DNA of 64,000 bases from Buchnera aphidicola (Meitanaphis elongallis) (GCA_039830015.1 CP140033.1:105233-169232), one strand, 5' to 3'; counted from the stretch's first letter, positions 28,077-38,744 are shown. Translations and numbers: made by a program. The notes: generated by a model from the sequence alone, not told the origin.

Positions 28077-30482
28077 ATGGAATTTAGTGAAAAATGGTTA
28101 CGAGAATGGGTGAATCTTCCTGATATCAGTATATATTCATTATGTGATCAAATTACGAAATTAGGAATAGAAGTAGAAAAGATTACTAACGTTTCCAGTA
28201 TATGTACTGATTTAATTGTAGGAGAAATAATTGAATGTTCTGAACATGATAGTTTTATTAAACTACTATTAGTAAAGGTTCACGTTGGTAATAATGAATA
28301 TATTAATGTTATATCAAGAAATGTAAATTTTATTCTAGGTATGAAAGTAGTTGTAGCGACTAAAAATTCTAAATTGTTTAATTATGAATTTATTAATTTT
28401 ATAAAATGGAAAGGAATAGAATATAATGGAATTATTTGTTTTTGTGAAGACATTGGAATAATGAATTTTGATAAGGACATTATTACACTACCAATGTATG
28501 CTACTGCAGGTTCTGATGTAAGTAAATATTTGTCTTTAGATGATAATATTATTAAAATTAGTAGTACTCCTAATCGATCAGATGCATTGAGCATATTAGG
28601 TATAGCGCGAGATCTTGCAGCATGGAATAATATGGTTTTACCATGTTTAAAAAGATATTCAAATTTAATAGACAGTTCAAAAAAATTGGAGATATCGATT
28701 AATATTCCAGATATATGTTTTCGTTTTTTTGGAAGAATTATAAGCAATATTAATGCAAAAAAAAACACTCCTTTTTGGATGTTAGAAAGACTTAGACGTT
28801 CTTCTATAGAGTCTTCTAACATTGTTGTTAATATCATTAATTATATATTAATAGAATTAGGACAACCGTTGTATATTATTGATTTAAATAGTATTTCTAG
28901 TAGGATTTTTATAAGACGATCTTGTAAAGGTGAAAGTTTTGTAGATCATAATAATGAAAGTGTTTTTATTGATGATGATGTAATAGTTGTTTCGGATAAA
29001 AAAAAGATATTGGCATTAGGTGGACATGTTAATTCTTATGTTTCTCAAATAAATGAGAATTCAAAAGATTTGTTTTTAGGGTGTGGATCTTATAATAATT
29101 TTGATATTTTTAATAGATCTTTTAAATATGGATGCAAAAATATTTTTACAGAACGTTATGACAGAGGAATCGATTTCAGTATTCAATATGAAGTTATGGA
29201 ATATGCTACTTATTTAATTTTAAAGTTATGTCATGGTGAGGTAAGTGATATTGTAACAAAAGTTAGAAATAAAGGAATGTTTGATAAAAAAATTATTAAA
29301 TTGTATCGAAAAAAATTGTATAATATTGTTGGATATGTGATTAGTGATAAATTAGTAGTGTTTAATTTGAAAAAACTAGGTTTCGAAATAATGGAAAATG
29401 ATCAGTATTGGTCAATCATATCTCCTAGTTGGAGATTTGATATTAGTATTGAAGAAGATATTATTAGCGAATTATTACGTATTATAGGATATAATAATGT
29501 TGTTTCTGTTCCTATGCCAATGCGTTCTAACGTATTACATGATGATAGAGTATATACTTCACTAAACAGGGCTAAGCTTTTTTTGGTTGATAGAGGATAT
29601 CATGAAGTAATTACTTATGGATTTGTTGATCCTGATTTTCAAAAGTTGTTATTTCCTAATGTTGTGCCTTTGCGTTTATCTAATCCTATTTCTAAGGAAA
29701 TGTCATCTATGAGGGTATCTTTATGGATGGGTTTATTGTCGAGTGTTATTTATAATCAAAATAGACAAGAGAACCGTTTGCGTTTATTTGAAAGTGGATT
29801 ATGTTTTGTACAGAATTCAACAGAAAATTTAGGGATAAAACAGGTTCTATGTTTATCTGGAATACTAAGTGGATATAATAATGAACTTCATTGGGATGTA
29901 TTAGATAGAGAAGTTGATTTCTATGATTTAAAAGGTGATGTAGAATCTATTATGGATTTATTGGGAAAATTACATTTAGTAACATTTAAAAAAATTAATG
30001 CATCAGGATTGCATTTAGGTCAAAGTGTTTCTATTTGTTACAAAAATAAAATGGTTGGTACTATAGGCACTATAAACCCTAGTTTAGAAAAAATATTAAA
30101 TTTGAAATATAAAACGGTTATTTTTGAGTTGATATGGAGCGATATAGCTTCTTCGTTTACTTATTCAAAAGTTCGAGATATTTCTGTATATCCTAGGAGT
30201 ACAAGAGATATTTCTATAATTGTAAAAGAAGCTATTTCTGCAGGAGATATTATTATTGAATGTAAAAAATTTTCTTTTGGAAAAGTTATTGCAGTACATT
30301 TGTTTGATATCTTTCGTGGAAATACGATAGGTATTGGAAAAAAGAGTTTAGCATTACGTTTTACCTTTGAAAATAGAGAGAGGACTTTGACAGAACCAGA
30401 AATTTCAGAAATTCTAAAAAAATGTATTAAAATGTTGGAATTAAAGTTTGATGCAGTATTAAGACATAAGTTTGTACATTAA
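28077..30482 (+). CDS. pheT: phenylalanyl-tRNA synthetase beta subunit
   Basis: 801 aa beginning MEFSEKWLREWVNL (E. coli PheT begins MKFSELWLREWVNP). It immediately follows pheS. Confidence 0.95.
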   Translation: MEFSEKWLREWVNLPDISIYSLCDQITKLGIEVEKITNVSSICTDLIVGEIIECSEHDSFIKLLLVKVHVGNNEYINVISRNVNFILGMKVVVATKNSKLFNYEFINFIKWKGIEYNGIICFCEDIGIMNFDKDIITLPMYATAGSDVSKYLSLDDNIIKISSTPNRSDALSILGIARDLAAWNNMVLPCLKRYSNLIDSSKKLEISINIPDICFRFFGRIISNINAKKNTPFWMLERLRRSSIESSNIVVNIINYILIELGQPLYIIDLNSISSRIFIRRSCKGESFVDHNNESVFIDDDVIVVSDKKKILALGGHVNSYVSQINENSKDLFLGCGSYNNFDIFNRSFKYGCKNIFTERYDRGIDFSIQYEVMEYATYLILKLCHGEVSDIVTKVRNKGMFDKKIIKLYRKKLYNIVGYVISDKLVVFNLKKLGFEIMENDQYWSIISPSWRFDISIEEDIISELLRIIGYNNVVSVPMPMRSNVLHDDRVYTSLNRAKLFLVDRGYHEVITYGFVDPDFQKLLFPNVVPLRLSNPISKEMSSMRVSLWMGLLSSVIYNQNRQENRLRLFESGLCFVQNSTENLGIKQVLCLSGILSGYNNELHWDVLDREVDFYDLKGDVESIMDLLGKLHLVTFKKINASGLHLGQSVSICYKNKMVGTIGTINPSLEKILNLKYKTVIFELIWSDIASSFTYSKVRDISVYPRSTRDISIIVKEAISAGDIIIECKKFSFGKVIAVHLFDIFRGNTIGIGKKSLALRFTFENRERTLTEPEISEILKKCIKMLELKFDAVLRHKFVH

Positions 30483-30832
30483 GTTAGAAGTTTTTAATAG
30501 TTTAAAAATATTAATAGCTTTTAAATATTAATAGATTTATTATTAAAATTTTAATGTATTGAATAAAATATTTTTAAAATTGATGTAAATAATTTTAGAT
30601 ATTTATGTAACTATTTTATAAAATTTTTATATAAATTAACATTTTAGTTTAGGTTTAGTTTTTATGATTTCAGGTCAATTGTATTTTTTATAGTTATAAT
30701 AGTTTTATTCAAATTTTACGTATAATTAATAGTTATTTTTTATAAATATGTACGTATTTTATTAGAATTGATGTGTTATGTTTAGTTTAAAGATGTTTTT
30801 ATTACTAGAATCGTAATATGGAGTAAGATCTC

Positions 30833-31165
30833 GTGAACTTTTTAATATCTGAAGTATTTGCTGCGAGTAGTAGTATTCAGCAAAATAGTATATATTCGTT
30901 ATTATTTATGGTCTTATTTTTTTTGTCAGCTTTTTATTTTGTGATCTTTCGTCCTCAAAAGAAAAGAGCTAATGAACATAAGGCGTTAATTAGATCTTTA
31001 TCTAAAGGTGATGAAGTACTGACTACTAGTGGTTTTGTAGGCAAAGTAAAGAGAATTACTAAAATAGGATATGTTTTATTGGAGTTGAACAACAATATTG
31101 AAGTATTGATAAAGAACGATTATATTTCACTAATTTTACCGAAGAATACTCTGAAAAATATTTAG
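30833..31165 (+). CDS. yajC: preprotein translocase accessory subunit YajC
   Basis: 110 aa with a GTG start. FRPQKKRANEHKALIRSLSKGDEVLTTSGFVGKV matches E. coli LRPQQKRTKEHKKLMDSIAKGDEVLTNGGLVGRV. Confidence 0.93.
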   Translation: MNFLISEVFAASSSIQQNSIYSLLFMVLFFLSAFYFVIFRPQKKRANEHKALIRSLSKGDEVLTTSGFVGKVKRITKIGYVLLELNNNIEVLIKNDYISLILPKNTLKNI

Positions 31166-31202
31166 TGTTGTTAAAATTATGTATAAAAGGAATTTTTAAT
31201 AT

Positions 31203-33056
31203 ATGTTCACTCGTCTTATGTTATTTAAATTATTTACAATGGTAATTATATTATTGTTAGGATTAATTTATGCGTATCCTAGTTTATGTAATAATACTTT
31301 GTCGATAGAGATACATTATAAAGAAGATGACGATAACATGTTTAAAAAATATGAGTTAAATTTGTTTAATATTTTAAAAGATAAAAAGATTAATTATGTT
31401 GCTTTACGGATTAAAAAAAGAAGTATATTTTTATATTTTGACCGGATAGATAAGCAATTAAAAACATTTGAAGAATTAAAAAAAATATTATTAGATAAAA
31501 AGAATACAATTTCTCTCTCTCTTAATACAGATTATCCTAAATTATTTAAGATCTTTGGTGCTAAACCTATGCGTTTAGGGTTAGATTTGCAAGGTGGAAC
31601 TCATTTTTTGTTAAAAGTAGATACTAGCTATATATTAAACAAGTATCAATCTAATATAGTGAAGTATTTTGAGCAGTATATGTCTAAAAATAATTATGTA
31701 GATATAAATATTAAAAAAATAAAAAATTATGGTATACAACTTGATTCTAAAAATATTTTTATATTAGACAAAATACAACATGAAACTGTTTTACCGCGTT
31801 CTCATTTAATTTTTTTTCGCGATTCCAAAAACGTATTGCGTGTCAATTATAGTAATGAATATAAAAAATCTATAATTCAATTAGCCATTGAAAAGAACAT
31901 ATATATATTAAAGAATCGTATATACCAATTAGGTATTGCAGAACCTGTGATTCAGCAACAAAATTCTAATTGTATTATTGTAGAATTGCCTGGGTTTAAA
32001 GATAGTGCTCAAGTAAAAGAGATTCTTAGTACTAATGCAACAATAGAATTTCATTTAGTTGATACTCGACAAGATGTTGGTTCTATTAAAAATAATAATG
32101 TCCCACGTGGTTTTAAATTATATCGGATTAATAGGTTTAATTCAATATTATTGTATAACAATGCGTTTATTACAGGAGAACATATCATAGATTCTAATTA
32201 TGTAATGAATGATTTTAATCGAGTTGAAGTTAATGTTAAATTAGATCGTTTTGGTGGTAATATTATGTCTAATTTTACTAGACAAAATATAGGAGAATAT
32301 ATAGCTATATTATTCGTAGAATATGTCAAGGATAAAATGACATTTGATAGTAAAAATATATTGTTAAAAAAGAAAGAAAGTATTATTAATATAGCTAGAA
32401 TTAATTCAATTTTAGATAATTCATTTTCTATTGTCGGAATACACGATATCTCTGAAGCAAAAAAATTGTCTATTTTGCTCAAAACAGGATCTTTTATAGC
32501 TCCTGTAATGATTGTAGAAGAAAACATTATTGGCCCTTCTATTGGAAAAGAAAACGTAAAAAGTGGGATATTAAGTTGTATAGTAAGTATTGTTTTGTGT
32601 ATATTAATAATGATATTACGTTATAAAAAGTCTGGAGTGATTATTTCTATTGCGTTGATTGCTAATTTATTGTTGATCATTGCAATAATGTCTATACTAC
32701 CAGGAATAGTATTAACTATGCCAGGAATAGCTAGTATATTACTAACATTAGCGTGTTCTATTGATGCTAACGTATTAATTAATGAACGTATAAGAGAGGA
32801 AATAAATAATCATTTATGTATACGTGAGGCAGTTCGTAAAGGTTATCTTCAAGCGTATTTTAGTATACTTGATGCGAATGTAGCTATGTTAATTATATCT
32901 ATAGTTTTGTATATTTTTGGTACGGATATCATAAGAAATTTTGCTATAACTACTATAGTAGGGATTTTTACTTCGCTTTTTAGTTCTTTATTTATTACTC
33001 GTACTATAATTCAAACGTTTTATCCTAAAAATAAAATTAATAATTTTTCTGTATAG
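31203..33056 (+). CDS. secD: protein translocase subunit SecD
   Basis: 617 aa. It has an N-terminal transmembrane helix, a large periplasmic domain and a C-terminal 5-helix block, and lies in the order yajC-secD-secF. Confidence 0.93.
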   Translation: MFTRLMLFKLFTMVIILLLGLIYAYPSLCNNTLSIEIHYKEDDDNMFKKYELNLFNILKDKKINYVALRIKKRSIFLYFDRIDKQLKTFEELKKILLDKKNTISLSLNTDYPKLFKIFGAKPMRLGLDLQGGTHFLLKVDTSYILNKYQSNIVKYFEQYMSKNNYVDINIKKIKNYGIQLDSKNIFILDKIQHETVLPRSHLIFFRDSKNVLRVNYSNEYKKSIIQLAIEKNIYILKNRIYQLGIAEPVIQQQNSNCIIVELPGFKDSAQVKEILSTNATIEFHLVDTRQDVGSIKNNNVPRGFKLYRINRFNSILLYNNAFITGEHIIDSNYVMNDFNRVEVNVKLDRFGGNIMSNFTRQNIGEYIAILFVEYVKDKMTFDSKNILLKKKESIINIARINSILDNSFSIVGIHDISEAKKLSILLKTGSFIAPVMIVEENIIGPSIGKENVKSGILSCIVSIVLCILIMILRYKKSGVIISIALIANLLLIIAIMSILPGIVLTMPGIASILLTLACSIDANVLINERIREEINNHLCIREAVRKGYLQAYFSILDANVAMLIISIVLYIFGTDIIRNFAITTIVGIFTSLFSSLFITRTIIQTFYPKNKINNFSV

Positions 33057-33066
33057 GGATGAATTT

Positions 33067-33999
33067 GTGTCTTATGTATATAATATAAATGTATTGAATG
33101 AAAAAAAAACGATTTACGACTTTATGAGTTTTAATAATGTTTCTTTTTGTATATCAATGATATGTGTATTACTTTCAATAATTAGTATTTCGATGTTAGG
33201 ATTCAATTGGAATATTGATTTTACTGGTGGTTTTCTAGTTAAAGTACATTGCAATATGATGATAGAAGTTGACAAAATAATTAATGCTTTTAAAGGTATG
33301 GGAATAAGGAACGTTCAAGTAAATTATTTTGGAGGAATTAATGACGTTATTGTGCGTGTTCCTGATTTATTTACTTTATCTATTTTAGATTTTTCTCATA
33401 AAGTTATTTTAGCTTTTCATAAGTGCTTGATGTTTAAATCTGAAATCACTTCTATTGAATATGTCGGTCCTAGTGCAGATAATGATTTGTTAAACATGTT
33501 TTTTTGTTCCTTATTTTTAGCTTTGTTGTTTATTTCTATTTATATTATTTTTAGATTTTCATGGAATTTGTCTATTGGAATTATACTTTCATTGTTTCAT
33601 GATTTATTGTTGACCTTGGGTTGTATTTCTGTTTTTAGGATAGAAGTTAGTCCTATTATTATAGTTTCTTTATTATCTATTGTAGGATATTCTTTAAATG
33701 ATAGTATTGTAGTATCAGATCGTATTCGTGAAAATACTGTTAAATTTAAAGATTTATTATTTGTTGATATTTTAAATTTTTCTTTAACTCAAGTATATAG
33801 TAGAACATTAATGACTTCAGCTACTACATTTTCAGTAGCAGCAATATTGTATTATTTTGGAAATGAAATTATTAAAAATTTTTCTTTGACTATGATGATT
33901 GGTATATTTGTTGGAACATTGTCTTCTATTTATATTTCTTCATCATTTTCACTTCAATTTTTCGAAATGATAAATGGAAAACAAAATCGTAATACTTAA
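33067..33999 (+). CDS. secF: protein translocase subunit SecF
   Basis: 310 aa with a GTG start. YDFMSFNN...GFNWNIDFTGG matches E. coli YDFMRWDY...GFNWGLDFTGG. Confidence 0.93.
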   Translation: MSYVYNINVLNEKKTIYDFMSFNNVSFCISMICVLLSIISISMLGFNWNIDFTGGFLVKVHCNMMIEVDKIINAFKGMGIRNVQVNYFGGINDVIVRVPDLFTLSILDFSHKVILAFHKCLMFKSEITSIEYVGPSADNDLLNMFFCSLFLALLFISIYIIFRFSWNLSIGIILSLFHDLLLTLGCISVFRIEVSPIIIVSLLSIVGYSLNDSIVVSDRIRENTVKFKDLLFVDILNFSLTQVYSRTLMTSATTFSVAAILYYFGNEIIKNFSLTMMIGIFVGTLSSIYISSSFSLQFFEMINGKQNRNT

Positions 34000-34001
34000 A
34001 T

Positions 34002-36074
34002 TTAACATAAATACGAAAAATCAGTAATTTTTAGAAATAAATTTTGTATATTTTTTAATATAGTTAATCTATTAATTTTAATAGATATATTTTTATCTTT
34101 TATTTTAATTTTTTTAAAAAAATTGTAAACTGGTTCATTTAAATTATATAGTTCGAATAGTATAGATTTATAGTCTCTTTTTAAATAAAAATTTTGTATT
34201 TTTTTCTCTATATATTTTAGTAATGAAACTGTATTTTGCTCTTCTATTTCTGTTAGAAATGCATCATTTATTCTATCGTATAATATTTCTTTAGATGATG
34301 TTAGTATATTGGATATACGTTTATAAAGTATAATTAGTGATTTAAAAATGTTGGAATTGTACATGTTAGTAATAGTTTGTATACGGAGATCTAAATCAAT
34401 TAAGTTTGTAATATCGCATGCTAGTACAGATTTTATTATAGAAGAGTTATATTTTTGTTTCACATATATGAAATAAAGTTTTTCCAAAATGAACTTTTTT
34501 AATGTTTGTATTATATTATTACGTTCGTTTATAAAGTTATACGTATTTAGTGATTTTTTTAGTAGTTTTAATAAATCAATTGATATTTTTTTTGTTAAAA
34601 TAATTCGAATTATTCCAATAGCTAATCTTCTTAAAGAAAATGGATCTTTATCTCCAGAAGTAGAATTTTTTTTAATGATAAATAATCCTACTAACGTATC
34701 TACTTTGTCTACTAATGATAAAGAATAAGCGATAGAATTTGATGGAATAATATCTTTAGAAAATTTGGGAGAATAGTGTTTTTTTATAGCTTTTGCTACG
34801 TTTTTTGGTTCTCCATCATATAAAGCATAGTACATGCCTATTGTTCCTTGCATTTCAGGAAATTCAAATACCATATCAGTTATTAAATCACATTTACATA
34901 AATGTGTCGCTCGGAGACAGTCATTTAGATTAGCCTTAGTAAATTGTGTTATCCAAGAAATTAATTTTTTCATTCTATTTACTTTTTCATAAAGGGATCC
35001 TAAAGAGTTCTGAAAAATAACTTTTTTTAATAATGGTTGATATTCATTTAATGATATCTTTCGATCTTTTTTGAAAAAAAATTGGGCATCAAAAAATCTA
35101 GAATTTAATATTTTTTTGTTTCCAACGATAATATTTTTGGGACATGTTGATTCAATGTTGGAGATGACAATAAAATTGTTTGTAAGTTTTTTACTGTTTA
35201 AATCGTATACAGCAAAATGTTTTTGTTGGTTTTCTATAATATATATTAATATTTCATGTGGTAGGTTAAGAAATTTTTCGTCAAAATTTGATAAAAGCAT
35301 AACAGGCCATTCTACTAATGAAGTTATTTCTTCTAATAATGAATCTTTTATGTTTAGGTATCCTCCAATAGAATCAACGATTTTTTGAGATTCTTTTATA
35401 ATTTTATTTTTTCGAACAGTGTAATCAGCAATAACTTTTCCATGTTGCAATAATATTTTTGGATATGTATTTGCATGAGGAATGTTAATTATATTTTTTT
35501 TCATAAATATATGTCCAAAAAGTAATCTATTAGTCTGTAATCCTAATATTTTTTTTTGTATTAAATTTTTGTCTAATAACATTATTATATTTCGAATTGG
35601 TCTAGAAAATTGCGCATTGTTTGTATTCCATTTCATAGAATTAGGAATAGAAATGTTTTTAATAGAAGAAATAGATGTTTCTGCTAGTATTTGTTCAATG
35701 GTCTGACTTTCAATGAAGTGTTCGTAACATAACCATTCTCTTGTTTTCTCTTGTATACGAAATGTTTGATTTATTTCAATTTTTAGTTTTTTCATCCAGC
35801 ATTGGGTAGCTTGAGTTAAATTTCCTAAATGATCAAATGCTTTTGGAATAGAAGGTCCTTTGTATCTTTTTTTATGTTTTTTTATTGTTATGTGTACTTT
35901 CTCTATTTTTATAGCTATTCGTCTTGGTGTAGCAAACCATAATATTTCATCATATTTTACACGATGTTTGACTAATTCGGCTATTACGTTATTTTTCCAA
36001 GACTCAGCTATAGTTCGTAGTGACTTCGCAGGTAGTTCTTCAGTTCCAATTTCTATCAAAAATGTTTTATTCAT
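34002..36074 (-). CDS. glyS: glycyl-tRNA synthetase beta subunit
   Basis: 690 aa beginning MNKTFLIEIGTEELPAK (E. coli GlyS has FLVEIGTEELPPK). It lies downstream of glyQ on the same strand. Confidence 0.95.
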   Translation of the reverse strand: MNKTFLIEIGTEELPAKSLRTIAESWKNNVIAELVKHRVKYDEILWFATPRRIAIKIEKVHITIKKHKKRYKGPSIPKAFDHLGNLTQATQCWMKKLKIEINQTFRIQEKTREWLCYEHFIESQTIEQILAETSISSIKNISIPNSMKWNTNNAQFSRPIRNIIMLLDKNLIQKKILGLQTNRLLFGHIFMKKNIINIPHANTYPKILLQHGKVIADYTVRKNKIIKESQKIVDSIGGYLNIKDSLLEEITSLVEWPVMLLSNFDEKFLNLPHEILIYIIENQQKHFAVYDLNSKKLTNNFIVISNIESTCPKNIIVGNKKILNSRFFDAQFFFKKDRKISLNEYQPLLKKVIFQNSLGSLYEKVNRMKKLISWITQFTKANLNDCLRATHLCKCDLITDMVFEFPEMQGTIGMYYALYDGEPKNVAKAIKKHYSPKFSKDIIPSNSIAYSLSLVDKVDTLVGLFIIKKNSTSGDKDPFSLRRLAIGIIRIILTKKISIDLLKLLKKSLNTYNFINERNNIIQTLKKFILEKLYFIYVKQKYNSSIIKSVLACDITNLIDLDLRIQTITNMYNSNIFKSLIILYKRISNILTSSKEILYDRINDAFLTEIEEQNTVSLLKYIEKKIQNFYLKRDYKSILFELYNLNEPVYNFFKKIKIKDKNISIKINRLTILKNIQNLFLKITDFSYLC

Positions 36075-36117
36075 ATGTAGTTATAGCCTTGTTTAAATTT
36101 TTATATGGAAAGAAAGT

Positions 36118-36987
36118 TTATTTTTTTAGATTATAATATTTTTGAGCGATTCTCTTTATAATAGTACGAATATATAAAATATGTTGTTGACGTTCGGTAA
36201 TAGACAACGTTCTTTTTGCATCTAACAAGTTAAAGTAATGTATTCCGTATAATACATGTTCGTATGCTGGTAGTAGTAAGGGAATGTTTAATGTTATTAT
36301 TTTTTTTGCTTCTCTTATATGTGTTTGGAATAAATTAAAACAAACATCAACATTAGAATATTCAAAATTATAAATAGAATGTTCTAGTTCATTTTTTAGA
36401 AATAAATCTCCATAAGTAACATTTTTGTTATCATTACTCCACACAATATCATATACATTATTTTTTTTTTGTATATGAAGTGCTATTCGTTCTAAGCCGT
36501 ATGTTATTTCAGTAGAGATTGGATCACAGTTAATTCCTCCCATTTGTTGAAAATAAGTAAATTGTGTGATTTCCATACCGTTGATCCATACTTCCCAACC
36601 TTGCCCGCATGCTCCTAATGTTGTATTTTCCCAGTTGTCTTCTATAAAGCGTATATCGTTAGCTTTTAAGTCTATATTTAAAGCTTGTAATGATTTTAAA
36701 TATAAGCTTTGAATATTTTCTGGAGAAGGTTTAATAACTACTTGAAATTGATAATAGTGTTGTAATCTGTTAGGATTTTTTCCGTATCTTCCATCAGATG
36801 GTCTTCTTGATGCTTGAACATATGCAATGGAAGTTGGTTCAGGGCCTATTGCTCCAAAAAACGTTTGATGATGAAAAGTTCCAGCTCCGATAGGAATGTC
36901 TAATGGTTGAATAACTATACAATTTTGATTGTACCAATAGTTTTTTAATTCTAAAATTATTTGAGTGAATGTTGCTAAATGATTCAT
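36118..36987 (-). CDS. glyQ: glycyl-tRNA synthetase alpha subunit
   Basis: 289 aa. [37 protein letters not shown] is typical of the GlyQ N-terminus. Confidence 0.95.
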   Translation of the reverse strand: MNHLATFTQIILELKNYWYNQNCIVIQPLDIPIGAGTFHHQTFFGAIGPEPTSIAYVQASRRPSDGRYGKNPNRLQHYYQFQVVIKPSPENIQSLYLKSLQALNIDLKANDIRFIEDNWENTTLGACGQGWEVWINGMEITQFTYFQQMGGINCDPISTEITYGLERIALHIQKKNNVYDIVWSNDNKNVTYGDLFLKNELEHSIYNFEYSNVDVCFNLFQTHIREAKKIITLNIPLLLPAYEHVLYGIHYFNLLDAKRTLSITERQQHILYIRTIIKRIAQKYYNLKK

Positions 36988-37489
36988 TTTTTACCTAATC
37001 GTGTTATTTAAAGGAAAATAATTTTATGACGGATTGTTTAAAATTTTAATAGAACAATTTTTTGTGATGATAGTAAACTATAAAAGTTTTATGGTTTATA
37101 AATGACACTTATTGTATAAAAGTTAATTTTAAGTAAATTATTAATAAAATAGTGAGATTATAATAAAACAATTATTTTCTGAATCAAAATTTTAAGTTTT
37201 AAATAATTTTATTAATTTTATTTTTAGATAACATAGTAACAAGTTTGTGTGAATGATATATAAAATTATAAAAACGTTTTAAGTACATATATTACTTGTT
37301 TAATATATTTTTAATTTTTAACATTTAGTTTAGATTTTATCAAAATAATATGTGTAAAATAAAATTTTATACATATTATTTTTATATAAATTTGTAGCAT
37401 ATTTTTAATACAAATATTATTGATGTGACTTTTTTAAAAATATTGCTTTGGTTTAAGATGAATGAATGAAATATTATGTAGGAACAATA

Positions 37490-38326
37490 ATGAGATATAT
37501 AGGAACTCATGTTAGTATATTAGGAGGTTTAGATCAAGCAGTTATTAGGGCAAAAAAATTGAAAGCTACTGCTTTTGCATTATTTGTTAATAATCCTTTG
37601 AGGTGGATGAAAGCAGAATTAAAAGATAAGCATATTTTGAAATTTAGATCTGCATGTAGAAATTTTAGTTATCATTCTAAACAAATTTTGCCTCATAGTG
37701 GTTATTTAATAAATTTAGGTCATCCTCTTGATGAATGTTTAAACAAATCTAGATTATCTTTTATTAGTGAAATAATAAGATGTCATAAACTAGGACTAGA
37801 ATTTTTAAATTTTCATCCTGGTAGTCATTTGAACAAAATTACTGAAAAACAGTGTTTAGATAGGATTGCTGATTCTATTAATTTAGCATTAGAAAAAACT
37901 ATTCGAGTAAAGTTAGTAATAGAAAATACAGCTGGACAAGGGACAAATGTAGGTTATTCTTTTGAGCATTTAATGTTTGTTATTGATAGAATAAAAGATA
38001 AAGCTCGTATTGGAGTTTGTTTAGATACATGTCATTTGTTTTCTTCTGGATATGATTTGCGTACAATATCGTCGTGTGAGAAAACTTTTCAGCGTTTTGA
38101 TGATATTATAGGATTTAACTACTTGTGTGGAATGCATTTTAACGATTCTAGAACAGTATTTAATAGTCGTATTGATAGACATCATAATTTAGGTAAAGGA
38201 AATATTGGGAAATTAGCGTTTAATTGGATTGTTAAAAACGTCAATTGCAGAAATTTTCCAATTATATTGGAAACTACAGATAAAACTTTATGGGCACAAG
38301 AAATTGACTGGCTAAAATCTTTATAA
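37490..38326 (+). CDS. nfo: endonuclease IV
   Basis: I placed the start at ATG 37490, giving MRYIGTHVS (E. coli Nfo begins MKYIGAHVS). FLNFHPGSH, VIENTAGQG and RHHNLGKGNIG are conserved. Confidence 0.94.
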   Translation: MRYIGTHVSILGGLDQAVIRAKKLKATAFALFVNNPLRWMKAELKDKHILKFRSACRNFSYHSKQILPHSGYLINLGHPLDECLNKSRLSFISEIIRCHKLGLEFLNFHPGSHLNKITEKQCLDRIADSINLALEKTIRVKLVIENTAGQGTNVGYSFEHLMFVIDRIKDKARIGVCLDTCHLFSSGYDLRTISSCEKTFQRFDDIIGFNYLCGMHFNDSRTVFNSRIDRHHNLGKGNIGKLAFNWIVKNVNCRNFPIILETTDKTLWAQEIDWLKSL

Positions 38327-38447
38327 AGTGTAAGTATGTTTTATAGAAATTTTTATACGAAATATAGAATTTGTAAACATGGTTGTAGATGCAAGAATAT
38401 TGTTTTTATTATTATTTTTTATATTTAACTAAATAAGTCGAAAATAA

Positions 38448-38732
38448 ATGATTACTATTGATGTAATTAAACGTAAAACAGAAGGTAAGAGTGCTAGTCG
38501 TCGTTTGCGTTTACAGAATAAATTTCCTGCTGTGATATATTGTAATACAGGGTCTAATATTTGTATAGAATTGGATCATAATATGATTGCAAACATTGTG
38601 CTAAATCTTGATATTTATCAAGAAGAATTATTTTTTACAATAGATAATGTAAAATATAAAGTGAAAGTAAAGTCAATACAAAGACATGTATTTAAACCAA
38701 AAATTATGCATATGGATTTTTTTCAAATATAA
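38448..38732 (+). CDS. rplY: 50S ribosomal protein L25
   Basis: 94 aa, the same length as E. coli L25. GKSASRRLRLQNKFPAVIY matches GKGASRRLRAANKFPAIIY. Confidence 0.93.
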   Translation: MITIDVIKRKTEGKSASRRLRLQNKFPAVIYCNTGSNICIELDHNMIANIVLNLDIYQEELFFTIDNVKYKVKVKSIQRHVFKPKIMHMDFFQI

Positions 38733-38744
38733 TAACTATACTAA

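Noticed and set aside
28382-28837. A 151-aa ORF on the minus strand inside pheT. The same class of ORF occurs at 17648..17995, 20718..21032, 32198..32527, 35071..35388, 42707..43027, 52251..52568, 1323..1553, 2189..2449, 2803..3012, 8966..9238, 11014..11196, 21549..21821, 21597..21779, 24166..24369, 24871..25125, 34489..34728, 35482..35706, 35860..36096, 39035..39334, 45236..45481, 46184..46390, 46663..46878, 47442..47651, 47820..48017, 48711..48893, 49201..49422, 50729..50986, 52713..52967, 54485..54685 and 55263..55478.
   Set aside because: All lie wholly or mostly inside strongly supported genes, on the opposite strand or in another frame. They have low-complexity Ile/Phe/Leu/Lys/Asn-rich products, no recognisable motifs and no Shine-Dalgarno. 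They are shadow ORFs of the kind expected in AT-rich DNA.
30483-30832. An attempt to read an ihfA pseudogene downstream of pheT.
   Set aside because: Weak look-alikes (FSLGLVF against LSGFGNF, VMFSLK against VTFRPG) are spaced 43 codons apart instead of the expected 31 and are full of stops. This is not distinguishable from chance.
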